Below, in pieces: positions 17,760-26,106 of a stretch of 64,000 nt of DNA (positions within the stretch are counted from its first letter, which is position 1; the number at the start of each line of letters is the position of its first letter). The position numbers were made by a program, and so were the translations under genes. This DNA comes from Parvibaculum sp. (GTDB lineage Bacteria > Pseudomonadota > Alphaproteobacteria > Parvibaculales > Parvibaculaceae), in contig NZ_BTVP01000007.1 in the NCBI RefSeq assembly GCF_045863935.1, forward strand, positions 38,161 through 102,160, given 5' to 3'. The notes beneath the pieces are model-generated. The model worked only from the letters and a program-made list of their open reading frames with translations. It did not search any database and had not been told where the DNA came from.

Positions 17760-19004
17760 TTACTGCAAGCTTTCGACGATGATGGCTGGCGCCATGCCGC
17801 CGGCGGCGCACATGGTGACAAGGCCGTAGCGCTTGCCGCGACGTTCCAGCTCGTCGATCAGGGTACCGATGAGGATTGAGCCGGTGGCGCCGATCGGGTG
17901 ACCGAGCGCGCAGGCGCCGCCGTTGACGTTCACCTTGTCGCGGTCGAGCTTCAGATCGCGGATGAACTTCTCGGCGACGACGGCAAACGCCTCATTGATC
18001 TCCCAGAGATCGATATCGTTCGCCGTGAGGCCGGCCTTGGCGAGCACCTTCTTTGCAGCGGGCACAGGCGCGTTGAGCATGAGGGTCGGGCAGTCACCCA
18101 TATTGGCCGTCGCCACGATGCGGGCACGCGGCTTCAGACCGTTTTTCTCCGCATATTTCTTCGAGGCCAGCAGGATCGCCGCGGCGCCGTCCACGACACC
18201 CGACGAATTGCCGGCGTGGTGGATGTGGTTGAACTCCTTGAGCTGCGGATATCTCTGGCGGATGAGGTCGCCATAGGTTGTTCCTTCGGCATCGACCGGG
18301 ATGTCCACCCAGGCTGCGAAAGTGGCCTTCAGGTTACCGAGGCCCTCGAGGGTCGTCTCCGGACGCGGAAACTCCTCATGATCGAGAGCGACAGAACCGT
18401 CATCATTGTAGACGGTGACAAGCGACTTGTTGAAGCGACCTTCAGCAATCGCTTTTGCCGCACGCTGCTGGGACGTGAGGGCGAGTTCGTCGACTGCCTT
18501 GCGGTCGATGCCTTCCATCGTCGCGATCGCATCGGCGCAGACGCCCTGCTGGGACTGCGGATGCTGCTTGCGAAGATGGAGATTGCCGGCATCCATCATC
18601 GGCGGGCTCTTCAGATCGGCGGTTGCGGCGGTGTAGCTCATCATCTCGGTGCCGCCCGCAATGACGAGGTCTTCCATGCCGGACATGATCTGCGCAGCAC
18701 CGAGGTTCACCGTGGTGATGCCCGAACCGCAGAAGCGGTCGAGCGTAACGCCCGATGCCTTGATGTCGTAGCCTGCGTCGAGAGCGGCCATGCGTCCCAT
18801 GTCACCGCCCTGCGCACCGCGCTGCGAAGACGTACCCCAGAGAACGTCGTCAACCTCGGCCGTGTTGAGATTGTTACGCTCGGCAATCGCGGCCAGCACA
18901 GTGCGAGCCAGATGCTGCGGGTGAAGGTGCGCGAGCGATCCCTTGCCTACCTTGCCGATACCACGCGGTGTACGGCAGGCGTCGATGATATATGCGTCAG
19001 ACAT
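17760..19004 (-). CDS. Acetyl-CoA C-acyltransferase (thiolase)
   Basis: 414 aa with the active-site Cys region LDRFCGSG and the C-terminal motif NVNGGACALGHPIGATG. Confidence 0.9.
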   Translation of the reverse strand: MSDAYIIDACRTPRGIGKVGKGSLAHLHPQHLARTVLAAIAERNNLNTAEVDDVLWGTSSQRGAQGGDMGRMAALDAGYDIKASGVTLDRFCGSGITTVNLGAAQIMSGMEDLVIAGGTEMMSYTAATADLKSPPMMDAGNLHLRKQHPQSQQGVCADAIATMEGIDRKAVDELALTSQQRAAKAIAEGRFNKSLVTVYNDDGSVALDHEEFPRPETTLEGLGNLKATFAAWVDIPVDAEGTTYGDLIRQRYPQLKEFNHIHHAGNSSGVVDGAAAILLASKKYAEKNGLKPRARIVATANMGDCPTLMLNAPVPAAKKVLAKAGLTANDIDLWEINEAFAVVAEKFIRDLKLDRDKVNVNGGACALGHPIGATGSILIGTLIDELERRGKRYGLVTMCAAGGMAPAIIVESLQ

Positions 19005-19053
19005 TCAAGTTTCTTCCTGTTCGCTATCTTGTTTGTATTTCTGGTCTTCGATT

Positions 19054-20160
19054 TTACTGCTGACCCGTGGTGAGTACGACTTTCACGCATTTACCGGCGT
19101 GCTGATCGGCCACGGCCTGATTGATTTTCTCCAACGGGTAGGTTTTTACCAGCCGGTCGGAGGGAAGTTTTTCCTCCCGGTACAGCTCGATCATCCTTGG
19201 AATGAAAACATCGGGGTCGCTGTCGCCTTCGATGATTCCCTTGATGGTGTGGCCGAAAGTGACGACCGACATGAGATCGCCGGGCACGGGCGTGCCGGGC
19301 GGTGCTATGCCGACAATGCCGAACGTGCCATGTGGGCCGAGGCAAGCCATGGTCGCCTGCAAAAGGTCTGGGATGCTGGTCGTATCGAATGCGTAATCGA
19401 CGCCGGCAGGAAGGATCGCACGCACTGCGGCAGCGAGGTCCTTTGCTTCGGCAGGGTCGAGCGCGTGTGTCGCGCCGAGTTCGAGCGCGAGCTTGCGGCG
19501 CTCTTCATGCGGCTCCAGCACGATGATTGTGCCGCAGTTTTGTATGACCGCGCCCATGACGGCCGAGAGCCCGACGGCCCCGCCGCCCAGAATGAGAACC
19601 GAGGATCCCTTTTCGCAGGCAAGCGAATTCATGATGCCGCCTGCGCCTGTCTGGATACCGCAACCGAGCGGCCCTGCGAGTTCGAGCGGGAAGTCCTCCG
19701 GGACTTTCACGACATTGCGCTCATAAGTGATGCAGTGGGTCGCAAAGGACGACTGACCGAAGAAGTTGCTCGCGATGTCCTCGCCGGCGGCATGCAGCGC
19801 CTTGGTACCGTCTGTGCGCATTCCTGCATAGTTGAGCATGGGCATGGTGTGGCAGTAGGCCGGCAAGCCTTGCTTGCAACGCACGCACTCGCCGCAGGAG
19901 CGAAAGGTAATCGCCACACGGTCACCCGGCGCGACCTTCTTCACCGCGCTTCCGACCTTCTCGACGATGCCCGATCCCTCATGGCCGAAAACCGCGGGCG
20001 GCGCGATAGTCGAAGTCGCCTTGAAGACAAGATCGGTGTGGCAAAGGCCGACGCCGATCACGCGGACGAGAATTTCGTCATCGCGCGGTTCATCGATATC
20101 CAGCTCCTCAATGCTGAAGCCAGCCTCGGGCGCACGCGCGACGGCAGCCGTCACCTTCAT
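19054..20160 (-). CDS. Zinc-dependent alcohol dehydrogenase (MDR family, aryl/benzyl-alcohol-dehydrogenase-like)
   Basis: 368 aa with GVGLCHTDL, GHEGSGIVEKVG, a structural-zinc Cys cluster CGECVRCKQGLPAYC and the Rossmann motif ILGGGAVG. Confidence 0.88.
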   Translation of the reverse strand: MKVTAAVARAPEAGFSIEELDIDEPRDDEILVRVIGVGLCHTDLVFKATSTIAPPAVFGHEGSGIVEKVGSAVKKVAPGDRVAITFRSCGECVRCKQGLPAYCHTMPMLNYAGMRTDGTKALHAAGEDIASNFFGQSSFATHCITYERNVVKVPEDFPLELAGPLGCGIQTGAGGIMNSLACEKGSSVLILGGGAVGLSAVMGAVIQNCGTIIVLEPHEERRKLALELGATHALDPAEAKDLAAAVRAILPAGVDYAFDTTSIPDLLQATMACLGPHGTFGIVGIAPPGTPVPGDLMSVVTFGHTIKGIIEGDSDPDVFIPRMIELYREEKLPSDRLVKTYPLEKINQAVADQHAGKCVKVVLTTGQQ

Positions 20161-20207
20161 TCTCCGCCTCCCTGATCCCCTTCATTGCGGGCATATTTTA
20201 ATGGCGC

Positions 20208-20223
20208 ATTTAAAATTTTAAAT
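20208..20223. promoter_or_regulatory. Perfect 16-bp palindrome, candidate TetR operator
   Basis: ATTTAAAATTTTAAAT lies in the 105-bp divergent spacer between the ADH operon and the TetR gene. A related half-site, CATTTAAATTGAAAT, follows at 20226-20241. Confidence 0.45.
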
Positions 20224-20265
20224 CTACATTTAAATTGAAATCGAGACGGAATCAAGGAGGCGCCT

Positions 20266-20916
20266 GTGGGGGCTCAGGAAAAGGGGAAGGCGCGAGCCGC
20301 TCCCCAGCGGCCGGCGGCGCGGGAACTGCTCCTCGAGGCGGCAAGCGCCGTCATGAGCGAGCGGCAGACGATCGACGTGCCGCTCAGCGATATTGCCGCC
20401 CACGCGGAAGTGAATGTTGCGCTGGTAAGCTACTATTTCGGCGGCAAAGACGGCCTCCTGCTCGCGCTTGCGAAGCGGGATGCTGCAAAGGCCCTGGACG
20501 AGCTTGACCGGCTCCTTTCGCTTAACATCAGCCCCGCCGAGAAGCTCCGGCGTCACCTCGCCGGCGTCATCCGAACTTTCTTCCGCTATCCCTATCTCTA
20601 CCGCCTGCTGGCGGCGCTGATGCGCGACAGCTCGGAAGAGAATGCCCGTGAGATCACGACTTTCTTTGCCGAGCCGCTCGCGCGAACGGCAAAGGAGGTG
20701 ATGGAAGCGGGCATCGCCGACGGCACCATCCGCCCGGTCGATCCCGATCTCTTTTACATGGCGGCTCTGGGAGCTTGCGAACAGATATTCGCCAACCGCT
20801 CCATCCTGAAGTTCGTGCATGGAGTCGAGGAAATCGACGAAGCCCTGCAACGCCGCTACGCCGACGTCGTGCTCGAAGTGCTGATGCACGGGTATCTTGC
20901 ACCGCGCGAAAACTGA
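20266..20916 (+). CDS. TetR/AcrR family transcriptional regulator
   Basis: 216 aa with N-terminal HTH LSDIAAHAEVNVALVSYYFGGKDGLL. Confidence 0.85.
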   Translation: MGAQEKGKARAAPQRPAARELLLEAASAVMSERQTIDVPLSDIAAHAEVNVALVSYYFGGKDGLLLALAKRDAAKALDELDRLLSLNISPAEKLRRHLAGVIRTFFRYPYLYRLLAALMRDSSEENAREITTFFAEPLARTAKEVMEAGIADGTIRPVDPDLFYMAALGACEQIFANRSILKFVHGVEEIDEALQRRYADVVLEVLMHGYLAPREN

Positions 20917-21067
20917 CGTTGGAAAAATGTCAACGACCCGCCCCCGGTTTCCCGGGAACGGGCCGCGACGCGAGGCCAGGCTGTTGGCCTCAGGCAGAGA
21001 GTGGCCTCTCTCTCGGTTCGACTGTATTTCCCGCGGTCAGTTAGCAGCCGCCGGATCGGAAATACCG

Positions 21068-23065
21068 CTAGAACGTGTAGGACGCAGTCAAGCTGACGAA
21101 GTCCTTGTCGAAAGAGCCGTTGCGGTATTTGGCACCGAAGTTGTTGGTGTAGTCGACCGACAGCCGGTACGTGTCGAGATAGCTGGCGGTGACGCCGAGG
21201 GTGACGGCCTTCTTGCCTTCGACGAAGCCGGGGCCGATGGGACCGGCCGAATAGCCGCTGACGTCATGGCTCCAGACCACCATCGGGCTGAGCGTGACGG
21301 GCGAGCCGAAGGCCGAGTGATAATCCATCATCGCCAGCATGCGATAACCCCAAGAGAAGGTACTCGCGTAAAGCGGCGAGATGCTGCAGGTGCCGCCCTT
21401 GTTGCAATTGTCGCCGAAGGTGGCGGCGTTGCCGGGGTTGGGATGCGTTTCGCCCGAACGCGGAATGGCGAAGCGATTACCGCTGGCATCCGGCAGATAC
21501 TGGAAGCCGACATTGCCGACGAGGATCAGGAGATCGCCGCCAAGCCGGCTCACGATCGGGTCCGACGGCGTCAGCGTGCTCAGCGTATAGAGCTGGCCGT
21601 GCAGCGCTTCCGTGTAGCGGTAACCGGGGATGACGGCGCCGAACGGCACGGGCTCGCCATCGTAGTAGGAGGCCTCGCCCGGTCCCGGCGTGTAGCCGAA
21701 ATTCTCGATGTCCACACCCTGGATTTCGTTCGTGTCGAGCTGGAACGGCATGTCCGGGTAATAGGCGAGTTCGCCGGAGAGCGCCGTCGCGTCGCCGAGG
21801 ACGGGGATCGTCGTGTTGAAGCTCGCGCCAAACATCTTGATATCTTCGGGATACTGAACGATCAGGTTCTTGTTGGCGCCCGCGGCTTCCGCGAATATGC
21901 CTTGGCCGTAGGAGACGGGACGGCCGTTGTCGTCCAGAAGGGCGGGGGCCGCATCGGTACAACCCGAACCCGAAAGCGAACCGGGAACGGCAGGATTACA
22001 GAACAACTGCAACACGGCGGTCGTCACGGTCGGCGTCGATGCCGTCAGCGTGCCGAAGGGCAGCTTGCTGTGGAAGTTGACATAGTAGGCGGACAGTTCC
22101 GTGCCCTTGTTCAGCCAGTCCGCATAGTAGCGCAGCGCGAAACCGAACTGGCCCTGATCGCGCGGCCGGTCGTCCGGACCGCGCGGCACGAAGGCCACAG
22201 GGGAATAGCTCGTGCCATTGCCGAAATTGTAGACTTCTCCGCCCGACACCGCGTATCGGCAACCGCCGACGGCCGCATCACTGGGCGAGAAGAAGCTGCC
22301 GCAAGCCGGCAGGACGGACTTCTCCCACTCGAAGACATATTGCGCTTCGAAAGTGAGGTTGGCCGGGAGCCCGACGCTGGCGAAAATCGAATTCTGCGGC
22401 AGGAAGACTTCTTTCAGTTCGACGCCGGGACGGACCAGTGCCGATACGTCGAGCGGGAGATAGGATGAGACACCACCCGGAATGAAGAGACTTTCACCCC
22501 AGTTGACCGCCTGGCGACCGATACGGATCGTCGTCGGCATATCGGCAATCAGGAAGTTGCCATAGGCGAAGGCGTCGAGAAGATCGAACGAGCGGCCCTG
22601 AAGATTGAGCGCATCGTCGCCGCGGAACTGGTCGTCAAGCTCGCGGCGCTGCGGATAACCGGCGGCGACGGGACCATATTTGCCATCGCCGTGACCGAGT
22701 ACCTTGTCGCCGACATAGTCGTAGAATGCCTTGGCGCGAACGAAGAAGCCAAGATTGTCCCACTTCGCGTCCGCTTCCGAGATGATCTTGACCGGCGCGG
22801 AGATGAACTCCCACTGCTCGACATTGACGTTGCCGTCGTCGGCATTCTGGTCGTAGTCCGTGCCCCCCGACGCAATGCATCCGCCATTGAAGACGGAGAT
22901 GAACTCGCAACCCTGTTTCGACACGCGCATGCTGGCGGAGGCGGAGACGGTGGTCGTGAGCTGGATGTCGACACTGCCGGCCTTGATCTCGGCGGCATTG
23001 GCAATCGCCGGTATGGCAAGGGACATAGCCAGCGGAACCAGCAGACGCATTACCCGAAACTTCAT
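21068..23065 (-). CDS. DUF1302-family outer-membrane beta-barrel protein
   Basis: Start at MKFRVMRLLVPLAMSLAIPAIANA (signal peptide, RBS GGGAGGAA). Motifs NADDGNVNVEQWEF and GFFVRAKAFYDY resemble DUF1302 as I recall it. The C-terminus is aromatic (SLTASYTF). Confidence 0.7.
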   Translation of the reverse strand: MKFRVMRLLVPLAMSLAIPAIANAAEIKAGSVDIQLTTTVSASASMRVSKQGCEFISVFNGGCIASGGTDYDQNADDGNVNVEQWEFISAPVKIISEADAKWDNLGFFVRAKAFYDYVGDKVLGHGDGKYGPVAAGYPQRRELDDQFRGDDALNLQGRSFDLLDAFAYGNFLIADMPTTIRIGRQAVNWGESLFIPGGVSSYLPLDVSALVRPGVELKEVFLPQNSIFASVGLPANLTFEAQYVFEWEKSVLPACGSFFSPSDAAVGGCRYAVSGGEVYNFGNGTSYSPVAFVPRGPDDRPRDQGQFGFALRYYADWLNKGTELSAYYVNFHSKLPFGTLTASTPTVTTAVLQLFCNPAVPGSLSGSGCTDAAPALLDDNGRPVSYGQGIFAEAAGANKNLIVQYPEDIKMFGASFNTTIPVLGDATALSGELAYYPDMPFQLDTNEIQGVDIENFGYTPGPGEASYYDGEPVPFGAVIPGYRYTEALHGQLYTLSTLTPSDPIVSRLGGDLLILVGNVGFQYLPDASGNRFAIPRSGETHPNPGNAATFGDNCNKGGTCSISPLYASTFSWGYRMLAMMDYHSAFGSPVTLSPMVVWSHDVSGYSAGPIGPGFVEGKKAVTLGVTASYLDTYRLSVDYTNNFGAKYRNGSFDKDFVSLTASYTF

Positions 23066-23117
23066 GTTCTCATTCCTCCCTGATCCCAATTTTCGCCCGC
23101 GCCCCTCAACGCGACAA

Positions 23118-23984
23118 TTACGGCAGCACCCCGACAAGGATGTCGTTGACCCTCTCCAATGGAAGCGTGCTGTCGACAATGCCGAGGCCCGCGCCGAACA
23201 CCACCGGGAAGACGATGTCGTAAGCGGTGGTGCCGTTCGGCAGCAGCGGCGTGGCAAGCAACGGAACGGCAAGCTCCGTTACCGGCACGAGGACCGGCTC
23301 GAGCTGCGCGAGCGGAAGTGCCGGCAGTTCGACGCCGGGCACGGGACCGCTCCCTTCACCACCGACGCCGAGCAGGCCGAGGATGACCGGGCTCAGCACC
23401 GGCGAGAGATCGCCCAACTGATCCGTGCTCGATGTCGCTTGCGCACCGGTGATGACGTCCGCGACGAGATCGCCGACGGGGGCAAGCGGCGCGCTGCCGG
23501 ACGGCGCGATGTCGCCACGCGGGCCGTCGTTTCCGCCGGTGAGAAGATTGGAGACCAGGCCGCCCTCGGTGCCGAGAAGCATGCCCGCGATGTCTTGGCC
23601 GAAGATATCCTCGCCGAGGCCGCCTTCACCGGAGACGCCGAGCGAGGGCACCTGCGATTCGATCTGTGCGAGACCGTCCGTCAGCGGCGCAAGAGCGTCT
23701 TCCGGAACGAGACCACCCGCGGGCACGTTGCCGACAAGCATGCCGTCCGGACCGCCACCCAGCGTGGTGCCGATCAGGCCGCCATCGCCGAGAAGCGGCG
23801 AGACGACGTCGACGCCGAGCAGTTCCTCCGAGGCGCCTCCCTCGCCGGAAACGCCCAGCTGCATACCGCCGAGCGCCATGGCGGTGGGCGCGAAATCGGG
23901 GCTTGTGGCAGTGGGCGAGTCGCCCCCCGAACTGCATCCGGCGAGGAAGCCCGCCGCACAAAGCGCAATGATGGATGATCTCAT
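23118..23984 (-). CDS. Gly/Leu/Asp-rich repeat lipoprotein, paralog 1 (unknown function)
   Basis: Start MRSSIIALCAAGFLAGC (lipobox LAGC, RBS GGGAGGA). Repeated LGVSGEGG ... GEDIFGQDIAGMLLG motifs are present. The gene is 52 nt upstream of the DUF1302 gene on the same strand. Confidence 0.7.
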   Translation of the reverse strand: MRSSIIALCAAGFLAGCSSGGDSPTATSPDFAPTAMALGGMQLGVSGEGGASEELLGVDVVSPLLGDGGLIGTTLGGGPDGMLVGNVPAGGLVPEDALAPLTDGLAQIESQVPSLGVSGEGGLGEDIFGQDIAGMLLGTEGGLVSNLLTGGNDGPRGDIAPSGSAPLAPVGDLVADVITGAQATSSTDQLGDLSPVLSPVILGLLGVGGEGSGPVPGVELPALPLAQLEPVLVPVTELAVPLLATPLLPNGTTAYDIVFPVVFGAGLGIVDSTLPLERVNDILVGVLP

Positions 23985-24437
23985 GACAACGTCCTCCCGT
24001 GTGAACTTGCGTAGCAAATTCATCGGCAGAGACGGTGTAGAGAAATGTGGCGATATGTTTGGGGGTGGAGACAGGATGCGTGTTTATCCGTATACGAATA
24101 TATGCCGTCGGAGAACGCACCGCATGTAGTGCGCATGGCATTCTTGTGTGAGTGTAATTCTTTGTAAATCCGATGGACTCCGGCTGCGTGCCGTTGCAAC
24201 GATCAGGAAATCGCACTTCCGCCGCGGAGGGCCGGATTATCGCCGCTTTCCCAGCTGTCATTTCGATCATGAAGGTTCTTCTCGATCTCGATGCAGCATC
24301 CCTCACCCCGGGAAATCGCCGAAGGATTCGCGCAAATCCGCGAAGGAAGAAGGCGCCCGCTTTCGCGATGAGAGCGGGCGCCGCTTTTCGAAGGTCAGGG
24401 TGGTGGGGCCTTCCCTTGCCCGTTACCGGGAGGCACC

Positions 24438-25076
24438 GTGAAGAGAAAGCCGGTTGAGTCAGCTTCGCTGAGCGATATCCGCGAGGACACGATCGTCCTT
24501 ACAGGATCGATGTCGCTCGTAGCGACCGCTCTTTTCGGGGATTCCGGCCGACTGATGAAATTTCTTCAATCGAGCATACCGGCAAGCGCAGTTGCAGCGG
24601 ACAAGCGCTACCGGCAATGGGTATTCGTCCTGAGCAAAGCGGAGCCCATGCGTCTCGCGCAACGGGTGGCGGAACAACGTATGAAGGCGGATGACGAGCC
24701 TTCAGCTTTGGTCTTTCCCAAACGGCTGCCGTCGTGGCGCGCCCATCTGCGCGGCGACAGGGCCTATCTCATGCACCTCGACCTCGTTCCGCAGGTGCTC
24801 GACGCTCTCAATGAGCCCGGCACCATGCGGCTCATCAAGGATCCTTCCCTTCGGTTCGATGTCGGCATCCCGTGGGAAGTGACGCTCGAGCGCGGTGTGG
24901 AAATGCGGGCTATCTGGCGCGATGCCCATGCGAGAACGACGCGCGCGGTGGGCCTCGTACGGAACGGGACCGGGTGGCATATCGAGGAGGACGAGCAACC
25001 GGAGACGGGCGCTGCAGATTGCTGCAACGGCGGCCCCGATGCCTGGCTGGGGCATTTCCTGCGCGAAGCAGACTAG
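24438..25076 (+). CDS. Hypothetical protein (no recognisable domain)
   Basis: 212-aa ORF with a GTG start and a non-repetitive composition. A hairpin follows at 25100-25123. It is preferred over the antisense ORF 24702-25352. Confidence 0.4.
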   Translation: MKRKPVESASLSDIREDTIVLTGSMSLVATALFGDSGRLMKFLQSSIPASAVAADKRYRQWVFVLSKAEPMRLAQRVAEQRMKADDEPSALVFPKRLPSWRAHLRGDRAYLMHLDLVPQVLDALNEPGTMRLIKDPSLRFDVGIPWEVTLERGVEMRAIWRDAHARTTRAVGLVRNGTGWHIEEDEQPETGAADCCNGGPDAWLGHFLREAD

Positions 25077-25093
25077 CGACGGGACACGCCAAC

Positions 25094-25123
25094 AGAAAAG
25101 AGGCGGGATCGAAATCCCGCCTC
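25094..25123 (-). terminator. Intrinsic terminator downstream of lipoprotein paralog 2
   Basis: GAGGCGGGAT-cgaa-ATCCCGCCTC, a 10-bp stem, followed on the minus strand by CTTTTCT. Confidence 0.55.
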
Positions 25124-25164
25124 CGCACATCGTCATGCCGGAAATGTCCGACGGTTTCGTACGC

Positions 25165-26064
25165 TCAGGGAGCGCTGGGAAGAGGCAGGCCGCCTTCGGG
25201 CACGAGGCCGCCCAATGCGCCGGTTTCGCCACCAGAGAGCAAGGTCGACACCACCGGCACAGGCTCGATCGCGGAGCCAAGCGGATCGGAACCCGAAAGG
25301 TCGGCAAGCAGTCCGCCGTCACCCGTGACACCAAGACCTCCGGCGCCGCCAAGAAGATCCGTTACAGGCGCGAGCGGGTCATCACCGCCACCGCCCGGAA
25401 GCCCGGGCAATTCGCCGCCGGCGAGACCACCCAGAAGATCCGTTACGGGCGCAAGCGGGTCATCGCCGCCGTCACCGCCGGGCAGACCGCCGCCAAGGAG
25501 ATCAGTGAGCGGAGCAAGCGGATCGCCGCCGTCGCCCCCCGGAAGACCCGGAAGGGCACCTTCCGGAACCAGTGCGCCAAGTGCGCCCTCCTCACCGCCC
25601 GCAAGAAGCGCCGGGACAGTACCTGTCTCACCGAGCAGCATACCCGTCAAATCCTGGCCCAGCAGATCCTCGCCGAGACCGCCTTCGCCGGAGGCGCCGA
25701 GCGCCGGAAGCTGCTCGGTGACCGTGCCGAGAGGCACCTGACCGAGCGCATCGGTGACCGGCGCCAAACCTGACGCAAGCGGCTCAAGAGCCGAGACGAG
25801 CTCTTCGGGCAGCTGGCCGCCAACGGCTCCTTCGCCACCGCCGCCCAGGACACCCTCCGTGCCCAGAAGCGGGTCCGTCAATTCTGAAAGCCCGAGCGCC
25901 TCCGTAACGCCGCCTTCGCCGGTCACGCCCAAAGCCGTCACCGTGGACGGCGTACCGCCGCCTCCGCCACCGCCGCCCAAAGCGGACGAACCGTCGGAGG
26001 AACAGGCCGCTGCAACAAGCATCGCACTTATCGCAACGGCCGCCTTCAATGTGTTTCCATTCAT
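25165..26064 (-). CDS. Gly/Leu/Asp-rich repeat lipoprotein, paralog 2 (unknown function)
   Basis: MNGNTLKAAVAISAMLVAAAC (lipobox, RBS GAGGAGAGG). It has the LGVTGEGG and LGASGEGGLGEDLLGQDLTGMLLG motifs shared with paralogs 1 and 3, plus DDPLAPVTDLLGG tandem repeats. Confidence 0.7.
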   Translation of the reverse strand: MNGNTLKAAVAISAMLVAAACSSDGSSALGGGGGGGGTPSTVTALGVTGEGGVTEALGLSELTDPLLGTEGVLGGGGEGAVGGQLPEELVSALEPLASGLAPVTDALGQVPLGTVTEQLPALGASGEGGLGEDLLGQDLTGMLLGETGTVPALLAGGEEGALGALVPEGALPGLPGGDGGDPLAPLTDLLGGGLPGGDGGDDPLAPVTDLLGGLAGGELPGLPGGGGDDPLAPVTDLLGGAGGLGVTGDGGLLADLSGSDPLGSAIEPVPVVSTLLSGGETGALGGLVPEGGLPLPSAP

Positions 26065-26106
26065 CAGCCTAATCCTCTCCTCGCGTGGGACTGGAGAGAG
26101 CCTAGG

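Noticed and set aside
15806-23978. A series of long antisense ORFs opposite the ALDH, thiolase, ADH, DUF1302 and lipoprotein genes (15806-17227, 17898-19073, 18943-20175, 20897-22468, 22860-23978)
   Set aside because: Each overlaps a gene with clear family motifs on the other strand. Their translations are low-complexity and Arg-rich with no recognisable domains.
24702-25352. 216-aa minus-strand ORF overlapping the hypothetical gene and the terminator
   Set aside because: It crosses an intrinsic terminator hairpin and the 3' end of lipoprotein 2, and its composition looks non-coding. The plus-strand ORF 24438-25076 is the better candidate, though still uncertain.
23118-26064. Gly-rich lipoproteins as RTX-type calcium-binding proteins
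   Set aside because: Only one or two isolated segments (for example GGDGGDPLA) fit GGxGxDxUx. There is no tandem nonapeptide array and no C-terminal T1SS signal context. A lipobox also argues against T1SS export.
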